From Planctomycetaceae bacterium (lineage in GTDB: Bacteria > Planctomycetota > Planctomycetia > Planctomycetales > Planctomycetaceae), in the NCBI GenBank assembly GCA_046318755.1, contig JBKCTR010000474.1:1-40927 (forward strand): 40,927 bases of DNA, given 5' to 3'. Numbering within the stretch: the first letter of the stretch is position 1; each line of letters opens with the position of its first letter. Shown here in pieces: positions 8,384-17,707 of this stretch. The notes under the pieces are model-generated. The model was not told the origin of the DNA. It saw nothing but the letters and a program-made list of their open reading frames with translations, and made no database searches. Made by a program: the position numbers and the translations under genes.

Positions 8384-10894
8384 ATGTCGAGTCGAATGCT
8401 GGGGCATTGGGAATCACCTCACCCGAACCTGTGCCGGCGAGGGAGCCCCGGCTGGTTCTGCCTGCTGGCGATCTTGCTGGGATTCGCTCCGTCCCTGTCG
8501 GCGGCCGAACGGCTGGCGATTCTGCCGGCCGAGATCGTGCTTGACGGCCCACACGCCACCCAGCGGGTGGTGGTGGAACGGCTGGTGGAGGGGCAGGCGG
8601 CGGGAGACCTGACGACGCAGGCCAAATGGCAGGTGGCCGATCCCGACGTGGCCGTGCTGGAGGAGGGGGTGCTGCAGCCGCGGCGCGACGGGCAGACCCG
8701 GCTGCGGGCCGAAGTGGCGGGACAGACAATCGAGGTTCCGGTCACCATTCGGGGCAGTAGCCGGCCGGAACCATGGAGCTTCCGCCACGATGTGCAGACC
8801 GCCCTGACCAGGTCGGGTTGTAACATGGGGGCCTGTCATGGAGCGCAGGCGGGAAAAAAGAGCTTCAAGCTGGCCCTGCGCGGCTACGACCACGAACTCG
8901 ACTGGAACACCATCACCCGCCACGTGAAGGGGCGGCGGATCGACCGCGAGTCGCCCCGCGACAGCCTGCTGCTGCGGAAGGGGCTGGGTGAACTCTCGCA
9001 CGGCGGGGGCACCCGCTTCGATGACCTGAGTCTCGAATACCGGATCTTGCTGGAATGGATCACCCAGGGGGCGGCTGGTCCCCGACCGGAGGATCCCGTA
9101 TTGGAACGGCTGGAGATTGTGCCCGGGCAGGTCCTCCTCACGCCGGGTTCCACGCAGCAGATGCTGGTGTTGGCGACTTACAGTGATGGCCGCCGGCGCG
9201 ACGTGACCCACTGGGCCAAGTACACCAGCACCGAGACCGGAGTCGCCACCATCGATGACGAAGGGGTGGTGACGGTGACGGGCCGGGGAGAAACGGCCAT
9301 TACCGTCTGGTTTTCGAGCAAGGTGGCGGTTGCGACCGTGGCTGTCCCCTACACCGAGCCTGTCCCTGCCGAAGTGTTCACGGCCAGTCCCCGGCGAAAC
9401 CTCATTGACGACCTGGTGATTGGCAAGTTGCGGCAGTTGAACATCCCGCCCTCGCCGCAGGCGGGAGATGCCGAGTTCCTGCGCCGGGCCTATCTCGACA
9501 CTTTGGGAGTTTTGCCAACCCCCGAAGAGACCCAGGCGTTTCTGGCCGACTCCGCCGCCGACAAACGCGACCGACTGATCGAGACTCTGTTGGCCAGACC
9601 CGAGTTTGTCGATTACTGGGCTTACAAGTGGTCGGACCTGCTGCTGGTGAGCTCGCGCAAGCTCAAAGGACCGGCCGTCTGGTCGTTCGCGCAGTGGATC
9701 CGGGGAGCGGTGGAGGCGAATGTTCCCTGGGATCAGTTCGCCCGCCAGGTGGTCACCGCCCGGGGTAGTACGCTCGAAAACGGGGCCGCCAACTACTTCG
9801 TGCTGCACAAGGATCCCAAGGGATTGAACGAGGCCACGACGGTCACGTTCCTGGGCCTCTCGATCGGCTGTGCCCAGTGCCACGACCATCCGCTCGAGCG
9901 GTGGACCCTCGACGACTACTACGGCATGGCCAACCTGTTCGCCCGGGTCCGCACGAAAGACACTGGGGTGGACGGAGAGTCGGTGGTGGTCGCAGCCCCG
10001 CTGGGGAACATCAAGCATCCGACCCGCACGACGGTCCCCACGCCGCGGCCGCTCGACGGGACGGCACTCGCCGAAAATGATCCCGCCGACCGCCGCGAGC
10101 ACCTGGCCAACTGGCTGACCGCGAAAGACAACCCCTATTTCGCGAAGGCGCTGGTGAACCGGGTCTGGGCCAACTACATGGGGCGGGGACTGGTCGAAAT
10201 GGTCGATGACCTGCGGGCCACCAACCCGCCGACCAATCCCGAACTGCTGCAGGACCTGGCCGACTGGTTCGTGCGCGAGGGTTACGACGTGAAGAAGCTG
10301 GTCCGGCTGATCATGCAGTCGGCCGCCTATCAACGAAGTGCCGTGGCGCTGCCGGGAAATGCCGCCGATGACCGGTTCTACTCCCACTTCCTGATCAAGC
10401 GGCTGTCGGCCGAGGTGCTGCTCGACGCGCTCTCGCAGGTGACGGGAGTGCCGACCGAGTTCCCGGACTATCCCTCGGGGCTCCGGGCTCTGCAACTGCC
10501 GGATAACAACGTGGTCAGCTACTTCCTCTCGGCGTTTGGCCGCCCGGCCCGCGAGTTCACCTGCGAGTGCGAACGGACCGATGACTCGAACATCACCCAG
10601 ACACTGCATCTGGCGAATGGCAAGACGCTGAATGACAAGCTGAAGGTCCCCGCAAATCGGCTCAAGCAATGGCTCGATGCCGGTTTGGCGGACGCCCCCC
10701 TGATCGAGCGGCTGTACCTGACCGCGCTGGGACGCGCCCCCACCGCTGACGAAACCGCCCGGCTCACGGCGGGGCTGGCCGAGGCGACAGCCGGCTTGAC
10801 CGACCAGGCCCAGGTGGCGGCCGCTCGTCGCGAGGCTCTCGAAGATCTGGTCTGGGCGGTATTGACCAGCAAGGAATTCCTGTTTGTGCATTGA
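8384..10894 (+). CDS. DUF1549/DUF1553 (PSCyt2/PSD1) domain protein with two Big_2-like Ig domains
   Basis: Hydrophobic leader GWFCLLAILLGFAPSLSAAE. DUF1549-type block DDLVIGKLRQLNIPPSPQAGDAEFLRRAYLDTLGVLPTPEETQAFL...YWAYKWSDLL. DUF1553-type block GCAQCHDHPLERWTLDDYYGMANLFARV. A GCNMGACHG motif sits at nt 8819-8839. The start is ambiguous (ATG 8384 or 8396; the ORF track opens at 8315). Confidence 0.85.
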   Translation: MSSRMLGHWESPHPNLCRRGSPGWFCLLAILLGFAPSLSAAERLAILPAEIVLDGPHATQRVVVERLVEGQAAGDLTTQAKWQVADPDVAVLEEGVLQPRRDGQTRLRAEVAGQTIEVPVTIRGSSRPEPWSFRHDVQTALTRSGCNMGACHGAQAGKKSFKLALRGYDHELDWNTITRHVKGRRIDRESPRDSLLLRKGLGELSHGGGTRFDDLSLEYRILLEWITQGAAGPRPEDPVLERLEIVPGQVLLTPGSTQQMLVLATYSDGRRRDVTHWAKYTSTETGVATIDDEGVVTVTGRGETAITVWFSSKVAVATVAVPYTEPVPAEVFTASPRRNLIDDLVIGKLRQLNIPPSPQAGDAEFLRRAYLDTLGVLPTPEETQAFLADSAADKRDRLIETLLARPEFVDYWAYKWSDLLLVSSRKLKGPAVWSFAQWIRGAVEANVPWDQFARQVVTARGSTLENGAANYFVLHKDPKGLNEATTVTFLGLSIGCAQCHDHPLERWTLDDYYGMANLFARVRTKDTGVDGESVVVAAPLGNIKHPTRTTVPTPRPLDGTALAENDPADRREHLANWLTAKDNPYFAKALVNRVWANYMGRGLVEMVDDLRATNPPTNPELLQDLADWFVREGYDVKKLVRLIMQSAAYQRSAVALPGNAADDRFYSHFLIKRLSAEVLLDALSQVTGVPTEFPDYPSGLRALQLPDNNVVSYFLSAFGRPAREFTCECERTDDSNITQTLHLANGKTLNDKLKVPANRLKQWLDAGLADAPLIERLYLTALGRAPTADETARLTAGLAEATAGLTDQAQVAAARREALEDLVWAVLTSKEFLFVH

Positions 10895-10964
10895 GAACGG
10901 CCGCGGTGCGATTGTGGTTGGTTCTGCCAGTGTCTCGCGCTGGTCTCTTCGTAGGATCATTCGG

Positions 10965-13900
10965 ATGTGCCATTCACGAACTGTCAGCCCCAGCGTCGAT
11001 CCCTTGAGATGGCTGCGGCGGGCCAGCCAGCGGCGAGCCACTCTGTTGCTGCGCACCCTGCTGCTGATGCTGTCTCTGGCAAATCGCCCGGCCCCGGCAC
11101 AGACAACGCGCGACACAGCCTCGGTGCCGCCAGCCCGTCGCACGCCGGTGACCGGAGTCGCCTTCCCTGGAGAAGGAACGGCCGTGGCCATTGCCCGTGG
11201 CCGCGAGGTGCTGCTGGTTGACTCCGCCACGGGGAAGGTCGTGCAGACGCTGCGCGGCTCGCGCCATGCGCTCAACAGCGTGGCCCTGCACCCTCGAGGC
11301 ACCCACGTGGCCGCCGCGGGAGGAGAACCGGGCGCGGCGGGGGAAGTGCTGGTTTGGCCTGTGACCGGGGGTGATCCGCAACGTTGGAGCGGCCATACCG
11401 ACGCGATTTATGCCCTCGACTACCACCCCGATGGCACCCGCCTGGTGACCGCCAGTTACGACCGGTTGCTGCAGTTGTGGAACACGGACACGGGCGAGGT
11501 GCTGGCCACCCTGCGGCATCACACCGCCCCAGTCTATGCCGGTCGGTTCAGTCCCGACGGCCAGACAATTCTCTCGGGGGGCGCCGACCAGACAGTCAAA
11601 TTGTGGAACAGCACCACGGGCGAGCGGATCCTGACCCTCAGCGAGGCGACCAAGGGAATCCAGGCAGTCGCCTGGCATCCCCGGGGGACCGAATTCGCTG
11701 CCGGGGGTGGAGACCGCACGTTGCGGATCTACGACTGGGACGGGACCGCAGCCCGGCTGCGCCGCAGCACGTTCGCCCACGACGCCACCGTGCTGACGCT
11801 GGCGTACAACCCGAATGGCGAAACACTCTATTCGGGATCGGAAGATGGGCGGGTCAAGGCCTGGGATGTGGCGACGCTGCGCGAACGGCATGTGTACGAC
11901 AAACTGGACGATTGGCCGGTGGCCCTCGCAGTCGACCCCCGGGGAGAACGCCTGGCCTGCGGTCGATTCGATGGAGTGGTCACCCTCTGGGACGCCACCC
12001 GTCCCCAGACTCTGCGCAATCTGTTGACCACACTTCCGCCCCGTCCCCATCGGGCGGATGGGTTGGGGCTGCCCGCGTGGGGCCGAAGCCTGCTGCCCGC
12101 GCTGTTCACTCAACAGCCAGCCGCCACGTCCCAGGAGGCCACATCCCCGAAACCGCAACCCAATCCCCCCACACCCCGCTTCGACGCAATCTCTCCCCGC
12201 TCGGCGGTTCGCGGGCAGACGGTCAAGCTGACCCTCAGTGGCCAGAACATCGCAGCCACAACGAAGGTCTGGGTGACCCCCTCCTCTCTCCCCCTTCGAT
12301 TGCTGGCGGCCGATCCGGCTCAGGCGAACCAGGTGGCTTGTGAAGTCGACCTGCCGGCCGATTTCACACCAGGCCTTGTCACTCTGCGACTGCAGACCCC
12401 GCTGGGGATGACGGGAGCCAGGTCGTTCCATGTCAGTCCGTTTGCCGAGGTGGCCGAACAGGAGCCCAACAACCTGCCCGCGCAGGCGACCACCTGCTCG
12501 CTCCCCGCCACGCTGACGGGAACGCTCAGCGCGCGCGGAGATCGCGATCTCTTTGGGTTCGAGGGGACGGAGGGGCAGGAACTGGTGTTTCAATTGGTGG
12601 GGCCGCACCTCGGCTCGGCGCTGCAAGGCCGCCTGACCGTGCGCGATGCGGCCAACTTCCAGGCTTTGGCATCGGAGGTTCGCCGGACGGGACGCAGTGA
12701 CGTGGTACTGGGAGTACGGCTGCCCCGCACGGGCCGTTACCTGTTGGAATTGGCCGACCGCGACAACACAGGCGGGGGCAATCACTTTTACCTCGTGCAC
12801 GCCGGCGAGTTTCCGCTGGTGACGGGGGTGTTTCCACTGGCGGTGCGGGCTGGTGCCGAGACCGAGCCGCGGGCGGGCGAAGTCGACAGCTTTGCCTGGC
12901 AGGGTTTTCACCTGCAAGAGACCGATCCAGTGCCGAGTCCCTCGGTGCCACAGGTCACACACGTCACGGTACGCCGGGGCGACAGGATGGCCCTGAATCG
13001 CCCGCGAATCGAAGCGTCGCCACACATCGAGTATGTCGAACGGGAGCCCAACGATACCCCCTCCACCGCGCAAGACCTGCCCATCCCGTCGGGGGTGAGT
13101 GGGCACATCGTTTCCCGCGACGATGCGCCGCAAGATGTCGATCAGTTCCGTTTCACCGCCCGCCGGGGGATCCCCCTGACGTTGGAAGTGTTCGCCCAGC
13201 GGTTGGGTTCCCCCCTCGATTCGGTCATCGAGATTCTCGATGGCTCGGGGAATCTGGTCCCCCGGGCCACACTGCGGTCGGTGGCCGAGACCTACACCGA
13301 ATTGCGCGATCACGACTCGCGCAGCCGGGGAATCCGCCTGCACAACTGGGAAGATCTGTTGCCCGAAGACCTGGTGATGCTGGGGGGAGAGGTGGTGAAG
13401 GTGCAAATTCTGCCTCTGGGTCCCGATGAAGACGTGAAGTTCTTTGAACGGGGCGGGCTGCGGCTTGGTTACCTCGGGACCACGCCCGAGGCCCATGCCG
13501 TCAACAGTGCGGCCTACAAGGTCGAAGTCCATCCCCCCGGGACGACTTTTCCACCCAACGGCATGCCGGTGGTGACCCTGCCCTGGCGGAACGACGATGG
13601 CGGGGCGGCGTATCAGAGCGACTCGGTTCTGTTCTTCGATCCCCCCGCAGAAGGTGAGTACACCGTGCGGCTGCGCGATGTGCGAGGACGCAGCGGAGCC
13701 GACTTGGTCTACCGGCTGGTCATTCGCGAACGCCAGGAAGACTTCCGCGTCTCGATCGATCCCGAACATCCCAATGTTCCTCGCGGGGGAGTGCTGCCGG
13801 TGAATGTGTCAGTCGAGCGGCTGGATGACTTCAACGGCCCGATCGAAGTCCGGCTCGAGGGACTGCCGACGGGATTCGCCGCCTCAACCACCACGATTGG

Positions 13901-14420
13901 CCCGAATCTGTTGACTGGTGTGATCCAACTGTCAGCCTTGCCCGGAGTGGAGACCCCCCCGCTCGAAAGCAGCCTGACCTGGCGGGCCGTCGCCTCGGCC
14001 CGTGTGCGGGGGGAACAGGTCGAACGCCGCAGCACACCCTCACTGGGGGCCCACGTTATGACGGTGACTTCGCCTCCCGATCTCGTGGTGACCGTGGAGC
14101 CGCAGGTGGCGACCATTCGTCCCGGTGAAGAGGTCCGCTTCACAGCCACCATCGAACGGAAGAACGGCTTCGTGGGACGGGTGCCGGTCGATGTGCTCAA
14201 CCTGCCCCACGGCCTGCGGGTGCTGGACATCGGTTTGAACGGAGTGTTGATCAACGAGAACGAGACCAGCCGGTCGTTCGTGGTGACCTGCGATCCCTGG
14301 GCCGTCCCCGGACGCTGGCCCTTCTTCGCCGCCGCCAGGGTGGAGTCGAAGAACGAACGCCACGGCTCGCCGCTGCTGTTCCTGGAAGTTCCCGCCCCGC
14401 CCCGTGTGGCGGGACCGTAA
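10965..14420 (+). CDS. Exported WD40 beta-propeller protein with two pre-peptidase C-terminal (PPC)-like domains
   Basis: Start at ATG 10965 (MCHSRTV...RRATLLLRTLLLMLSLANRPAPAQ leader). WD40 units include SGHTDAIYALDYHPDGTRLVTASYDRLLQLWN and GGADQTVKLWN. PPC-like blocks are EQEPNNLPAQATTCSLPATLTGTLSARGDRDLFGFEG and EREPNDTPSTAQDLPIPSGVSGHI...DVDQFRFTA. Confidence 0.85.
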   Translation: MCHSRTVSPSVDPLRWLRRASQRRATLLLRTLLLMLSLANRPAPAQTTRDTASVPPARRTPVTGVAFPGEGTAVAIARGREVLLVDSATGKVVQTLRGSRHALNSVALHPRGTHVAAAGGEPGAAGEVLVWPVTGGDPQRWSGHTDAIYALDYHPDGTRLVTASYDRLLQLWNTDTGEVLATLRHHTAPVYAGRFSPDGQTILSGGADQTVKLWNSTTGERILTLSEATKGIQAVAWHPRGTEFAAGGGDRTLRIYDWDGTAARLRRSTFAHDATVLTLAYNPNGETLYSGSEDGRVKAWDVATLRERHVYDKLDDWPVALAVDPRGERLACGRFDGVVTLWDATRPQTLRNLLTTLPPRPHRADGLGLPAWGRSLLPALFTQQPAATSQEATSPKPQPNPPTPRFDAISPRSAVRGQTVKLTLSGQNIAATTKVWVTPSSLPLRLLAADPAQANQVACEVDLPADFTPGLVTLRLQTPLGMTGARSFHVSPFAEVAEQEPNNLPAQATTCSLPATLTGTLSARGDRDLFGFEGTEGQELVFQLVGPHLGSALQGRLTVRDAANFQALASEVRRTGRSDVVLGVRLPRTGRYLLELADRDNTGGGNHFYLVHAGEFPLVTGVFPLAVRAGAETEPRAGEVDSFAWQGFHLQETDPVPSPSVPQVTHVTVRRGDRMALNRPRIEASPHIEYVEREPNDTPSTAQDLPIPSGVSGHIVSRDDAPQDVDQFRFTARRGIPLTLEVFAQRLGSPLDSVIEILDGSGNLVPRATLRSVAETYTELRDHDSRSRGIRLHNWEDLLPEDLVMLGGEVVKVQILPLGPDEDVKFFERGGLRLGYLGTTPEAHAVNSAAYKVEVHPPGTTFPPNGMPVVTLPWRNDDGGAAYQSDSVLFFDPPAEGEYTVRLRDVRGRSGADLVYRLVIRERQEDFRVSIDPEHPNVPRGGVLPVNVSVERLDDFNGPIEVRLEGLPTGFAASTTTIGPNLLTGVIQLSALPGVETPPLESSLTWRAVASARVRGEQVERRSTPSLGAHVMTVTSPPDLVVTVEPQVATIRPGEEVRFTATIERKNGFVGRVPVDVLNLPHGLRVLDIGLNGVLINENETSRSFVVTCDPWAVPGRWPFFAAARVESKNERHGSPLLFLEVPAPPRVAGP

Positions 14421-14724
14421 CACCCGCACGACACCTCCCAGGTGGTGGCGACGCATCACCCGGAACTCCGCGTCCCACCCCTGATTCGCCAACCGGGTCT
14501 GGCCGTGGAAATTCCCCGCCGTCGAAGACGTCAACCCCGCGTGCCGCGCTGGCCGGCATCTGGGCTTGGTCGAAAGTTCTCCGGACCACCACGCGCCGTG
14601 TCAGTGCACGGCAGGCCGTGACACCGCGAAACATCCCTCACACCACAACACACAATCCTCTCCGAGACCATCCGGGCCCACGGTGCGATCGTGAACCAAG
14701 GCACAATTCTGTCCCGCGGCGCGA

Positions 14725-17493
14725 TCACTGCGCTGGCGGTGGCAGGTCGACCAGGTAGGTGATGCCATTGCTGGCAGCCACGGCCAGTTTCTTGCCGTCG
14801 GGGAAGTAACTCCCCGTGTAGAGCACGACCGGCAGCTTGATGCTGTGCAGCGGCTTGGCGGGGTTGCCCACGTCCCAGATGTGGACTTCTCCCGAATAGC
14901 CAATCGACATCAACCGGGTTCCCGCGGGATTGAACTGCACCCGGTAAATGTCATCCTTGTGCCCCACGAGAATCGCGCCGGGCGAACCGCTGTTGGCATC
15001 GTAGAACCGGATCTTCCGGTCGAGCCCCCCAGCCGCCAGCAGCGCACCGTTGGGATGGAAGGCGACCGAATAGACCGCCCCCTCGGCCCCGGCACACTGC
15101 CTCAGTTCGAGGCCGTTGTTGGGATCGAAAATGCGAATCGTCTTGTCGTAGCCCCCCGACGCCAGCAGGTTCCCCTGGGGATTGAAGGCCACCGCATAGA
15201 CCGGGCCTCCCTGGGGGGGAATGGTGCGCAGTTCTTTGCCGGCGATCGCATCCCAGATCTTGATCGACTTGTCGTTCGAGGCCGACGCGAGCAGTTTGCC
15301 GTCGGGGCTGTAGGCCAGGTTGTAGATGAACGACTGATGTCCCCCGAGCGAGAAGACGGGTTCCGGCGCAGCGATCGGCCAGAGCCGCAGTTGCCCGTCC
15401 CCCGAAACCCCCACGGCCCGCGCGTTGTCATTGGGCACAAACGCCAGGCTGCGGGTCTGACCGGCGCCTCCCCGGAGTTCCTGGGTGGCAGCCAGCGGGG
15501 CTGGGGGAACTCCCTGCTGGGGCTGTTGGGGAACTGGGTTGAAGGTGCGCAGCACATCGTCGGCACAGGCGACAACCAGCTTCTTGCTGTCGGCACTGTA
15601 GGTCAGCGGGCCCCCCGCAGCAGGCAGTGTGAACTTGAGCTGTACGTTGCCGTCGTTGATGTTCCAGAGCAGCAGTGTCTTGTCTTCGGCCACCCCGGCC
15701 ACCTGCTGGTTGTCGGGCCGGAACGCAATCCCCTGCACCCCCTTGGTCAGCCCCTTGAACTCGCGCACGGGGTTTCCCGAGTTGATGTCGTACATCTTCA
15801 CCACCCCGTCGGCCGAGTCGGTGGCGTAGAAAGCCCCGTTCTGCGACAGGGCGAGCCGCTTGACTCCCTTGTCGTCGGCCAGGGCCAGCCGCTGTGCCGA
15901 GAGCGTCTGGATGATCACCTGGTTGTCGGCCCCCGACGAGACAATGGTCTTGTTGTCGGGAGACATCACAACACCCGTGGCGGCGGCGGTGTGACCAACG
16001 AACCGTTCCAGTGGCTTCAGCAGTTTCAGGTCCCAGACCACCACCGTGTTGTCGTTGCTCGACGAGACGACCCGCTGCCCGTCGGGCGAAAAGCCCACCC
16101 CGGTAATTTCTTTCTCGTGCCCAGAGAGAGTCTGCTGGGGAGCGCCGTCTCCCAGATTGAACAGCCGCAGTTGCTTGTCATCTCCACCGGTCACCACGCG
16201 GGCACTGTCGTTCGAAATGCCAATCGCCTGCACTGGGCTGGGGGTTTCGATGGTGCGCTGGGGGGCCCCGTCATTGGGGTTCCAGGTGCGGACGGTCTTG
16301 TCGGCACTGGCCGAGACCAACTGCTGGCCGTTGGGAGTGAAGGTCAACGCGGTGATCTTGCCCGTGTGGCCGGCCAGCGCCCGGACCTCGGCGGCGTCGG
16401 CCACGTTGAACACCTTGATGACTCCGCCGGCATCACCGGCGACCAGTTGCTGGCCGTCGGGACGGACGGCGACGGCGGTGACCGGGTTGGGCAATGCGGC
16501 GAACGCCTTGACAAGCTGCCCATTCCCCGCGTCGAACAGGCGGGGAATCTTGTCTTCGCACCCGGTCGCCACCTGCGCCCCGTTGGGACTGAACACCGCC
16601 TTCAACACCGCGCCGCCATGGCCGTCGAAGGTCCGGATCGCCGCGCCGTCGGCCACGTTCCACAGCCGGACGGTCTTGTCGGCGCTGGCCGAGAGAACCT
16701 GTTGCCCATTGGGGTGCAGCATCACCGAGGCCACCGGTGCACCATGCCCGGCCAGTTTGCGTGCCGGGGTTTGCACCACGGGCCAGAACCGCACCACGCC
16801 ATCGGCTCCGGCGGAGATCACCAACTGGTTGTTGGGGTGATACAGCAGACCGGCGACGGGGCCGGAGTGGGCGGCGAAGACCGCCTGCTGTTGGCCATCG
16901 GCGGCATTCCACAGACGCACCAGGCCCGATTCATCGACTGTGGCCAACTGGAGGCTGTCTTTGCGGAAGTCGACCGCGGTGACGGGGGCGGTATGCCCTG
17001 GCAGGTCACGCGCGGGCTGGAAGGCCTGGGGATTCCAGAGACGGACCAGCTTGTCGGCCCCCCCGGTGGCCCAGAACTGTCCGTTCGGACTGATCGCACA
17101 CGCGAAGGCACCCCCCGCATGTCCGGGGATCTCCTTGAGGGGCTTCGATACCGGGATGTCCCAGATCTTGACGGTGTTGTCTTGCGAGCCCGAAGCCAGC
17201 CGCAGCCCGTCCTTCGAAACCGCCACCGTCAGAACCAGGTTGGCATGTCCGGTGAGGGTTCGGGTGGCGACCCGGGTGCCGGGATCCCACAGTTTGATCG
17301 TTTTGTCGAAGCTCCCCGTGATGGCCATGGAACCATCGGGAGTGAACTCGACCGAGTAGACCGGATCGGTGTGGCCCACGAGGTTGGGAGTGTCAGCCGG
17401 AGGGGCCTGGGCGGCGGCGTGAGGGGTCGCCAGAGACGCGAGACCGGCCAGCCACAGCAGGGCCGGGCCAGTAAGGGGTGGGATCCGTGACAT
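14725..17493 (-). CDS. Exported WD40 repeat protein (about 20 WD repeats, probably three propellers)
   Basis: 922-aa ORF with signal-like MSRIPPLTGPALLWLAGLASLATPHAAAQA, followed by continuous WD40 units (GHTDPVYSVEFTPDGSMAITGSFDKTIKLWD, GSQDNTVKIWD, SADKTVRLWN, SNDKSIKIWD and others). Confidence 0.9.
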   Translation of the reverse strand: MSRIPPLTGPALLWLAGLASLATPHAAAQAPPADTPNLVGHTDPVYSVEFTPDGSMAITGSFDKTIKLWDPGTRVATRTLTGHANLVLTVAVSKDGLRLASGSQDNTVKIWDIPVSKPLKEIPGHAGGAFACAISPNGQFWATGGADKLVRLWNPQAFQPARDLPGHTAPVTAVDFRKDSLQLATVDESGLVRLWNAADGQQQAVFAAHSGPVAGLLYHPNNQLVISAGADGVVRFWPVVQTPARKLAGHGAPVASVMLHPNGQQVLSASADKTVRLWNVADGAAIRTFDGHGGAVLKAVFSPNGAQVATGCEDKIPRLFDAGNGQLVKAFAALPNPVTAVAVRPDGQQLVAGDAGGVIKVFNVADAAEVRALAGHTGKITALTFTPNGQQLVSASADKTVRTWNPNDGAPQRTIETPSPVQAIGISNDSARVVTGGDDKQLRLFNLGDGAPQQTLSGHEKEITGVGFSPDGQRVVSSSNDNTVVVWDLKLLKPLERFVGHTAAATGVVMSPDNKTIVSSGADNQVIIQTLSAQRLALADDKGVKRLALSQNGAFYATDSADGVVKMYDINSGNPVREFKGLTKGVQGIAFRPDNQQVAGVAEDKTLLLWNINDGNVQLKFTLPAAGGPLTYSADSKKLVVACADDVLRTFNPVPQQPQQGVPPAPLAATQELRGGAGQTRSLAFVPNDNARAVGVSGDGQLRLWPIAAPEPVFSLGGHQSFIYNLAYSPDGKLLASASNDKSIKIWDAIAGKELRTIPPQGGPVYAVAFNPQGNLLASGGYDKTIRIFDPNNGLELRQCAGAEGAVYSVAFHPNGALLAAGGLDRKIRFYDANSGSPGAILVGHKDDIYRVQFNPAGTRLMSIGYSGEVHIWDVGNPAKPLHSIKLPVVLYTGSYFPDGKKLAVAASNGITYLVDLPPPAQ

Positions 17494-17707
17494 CAGCCGA
17501 GACTCCTGGTCCAGCGGGAACGGAACGGGGCGGACGCGCCATGGTTCCGCCCATGGTCCGTAGTCTCTCGCCTCGGTGAGGACCCGTCAACGGGCTCGGG
17601 ACGAAGAGATCGACGGGCCGGCCCCGCCAGTCCCTGGAAACTCGCGCGAGCCCCTCCGACGCGCTCTGGTTGTTGACTCACACAACACCTCCACGCGAGA
17701 TCTGAAT

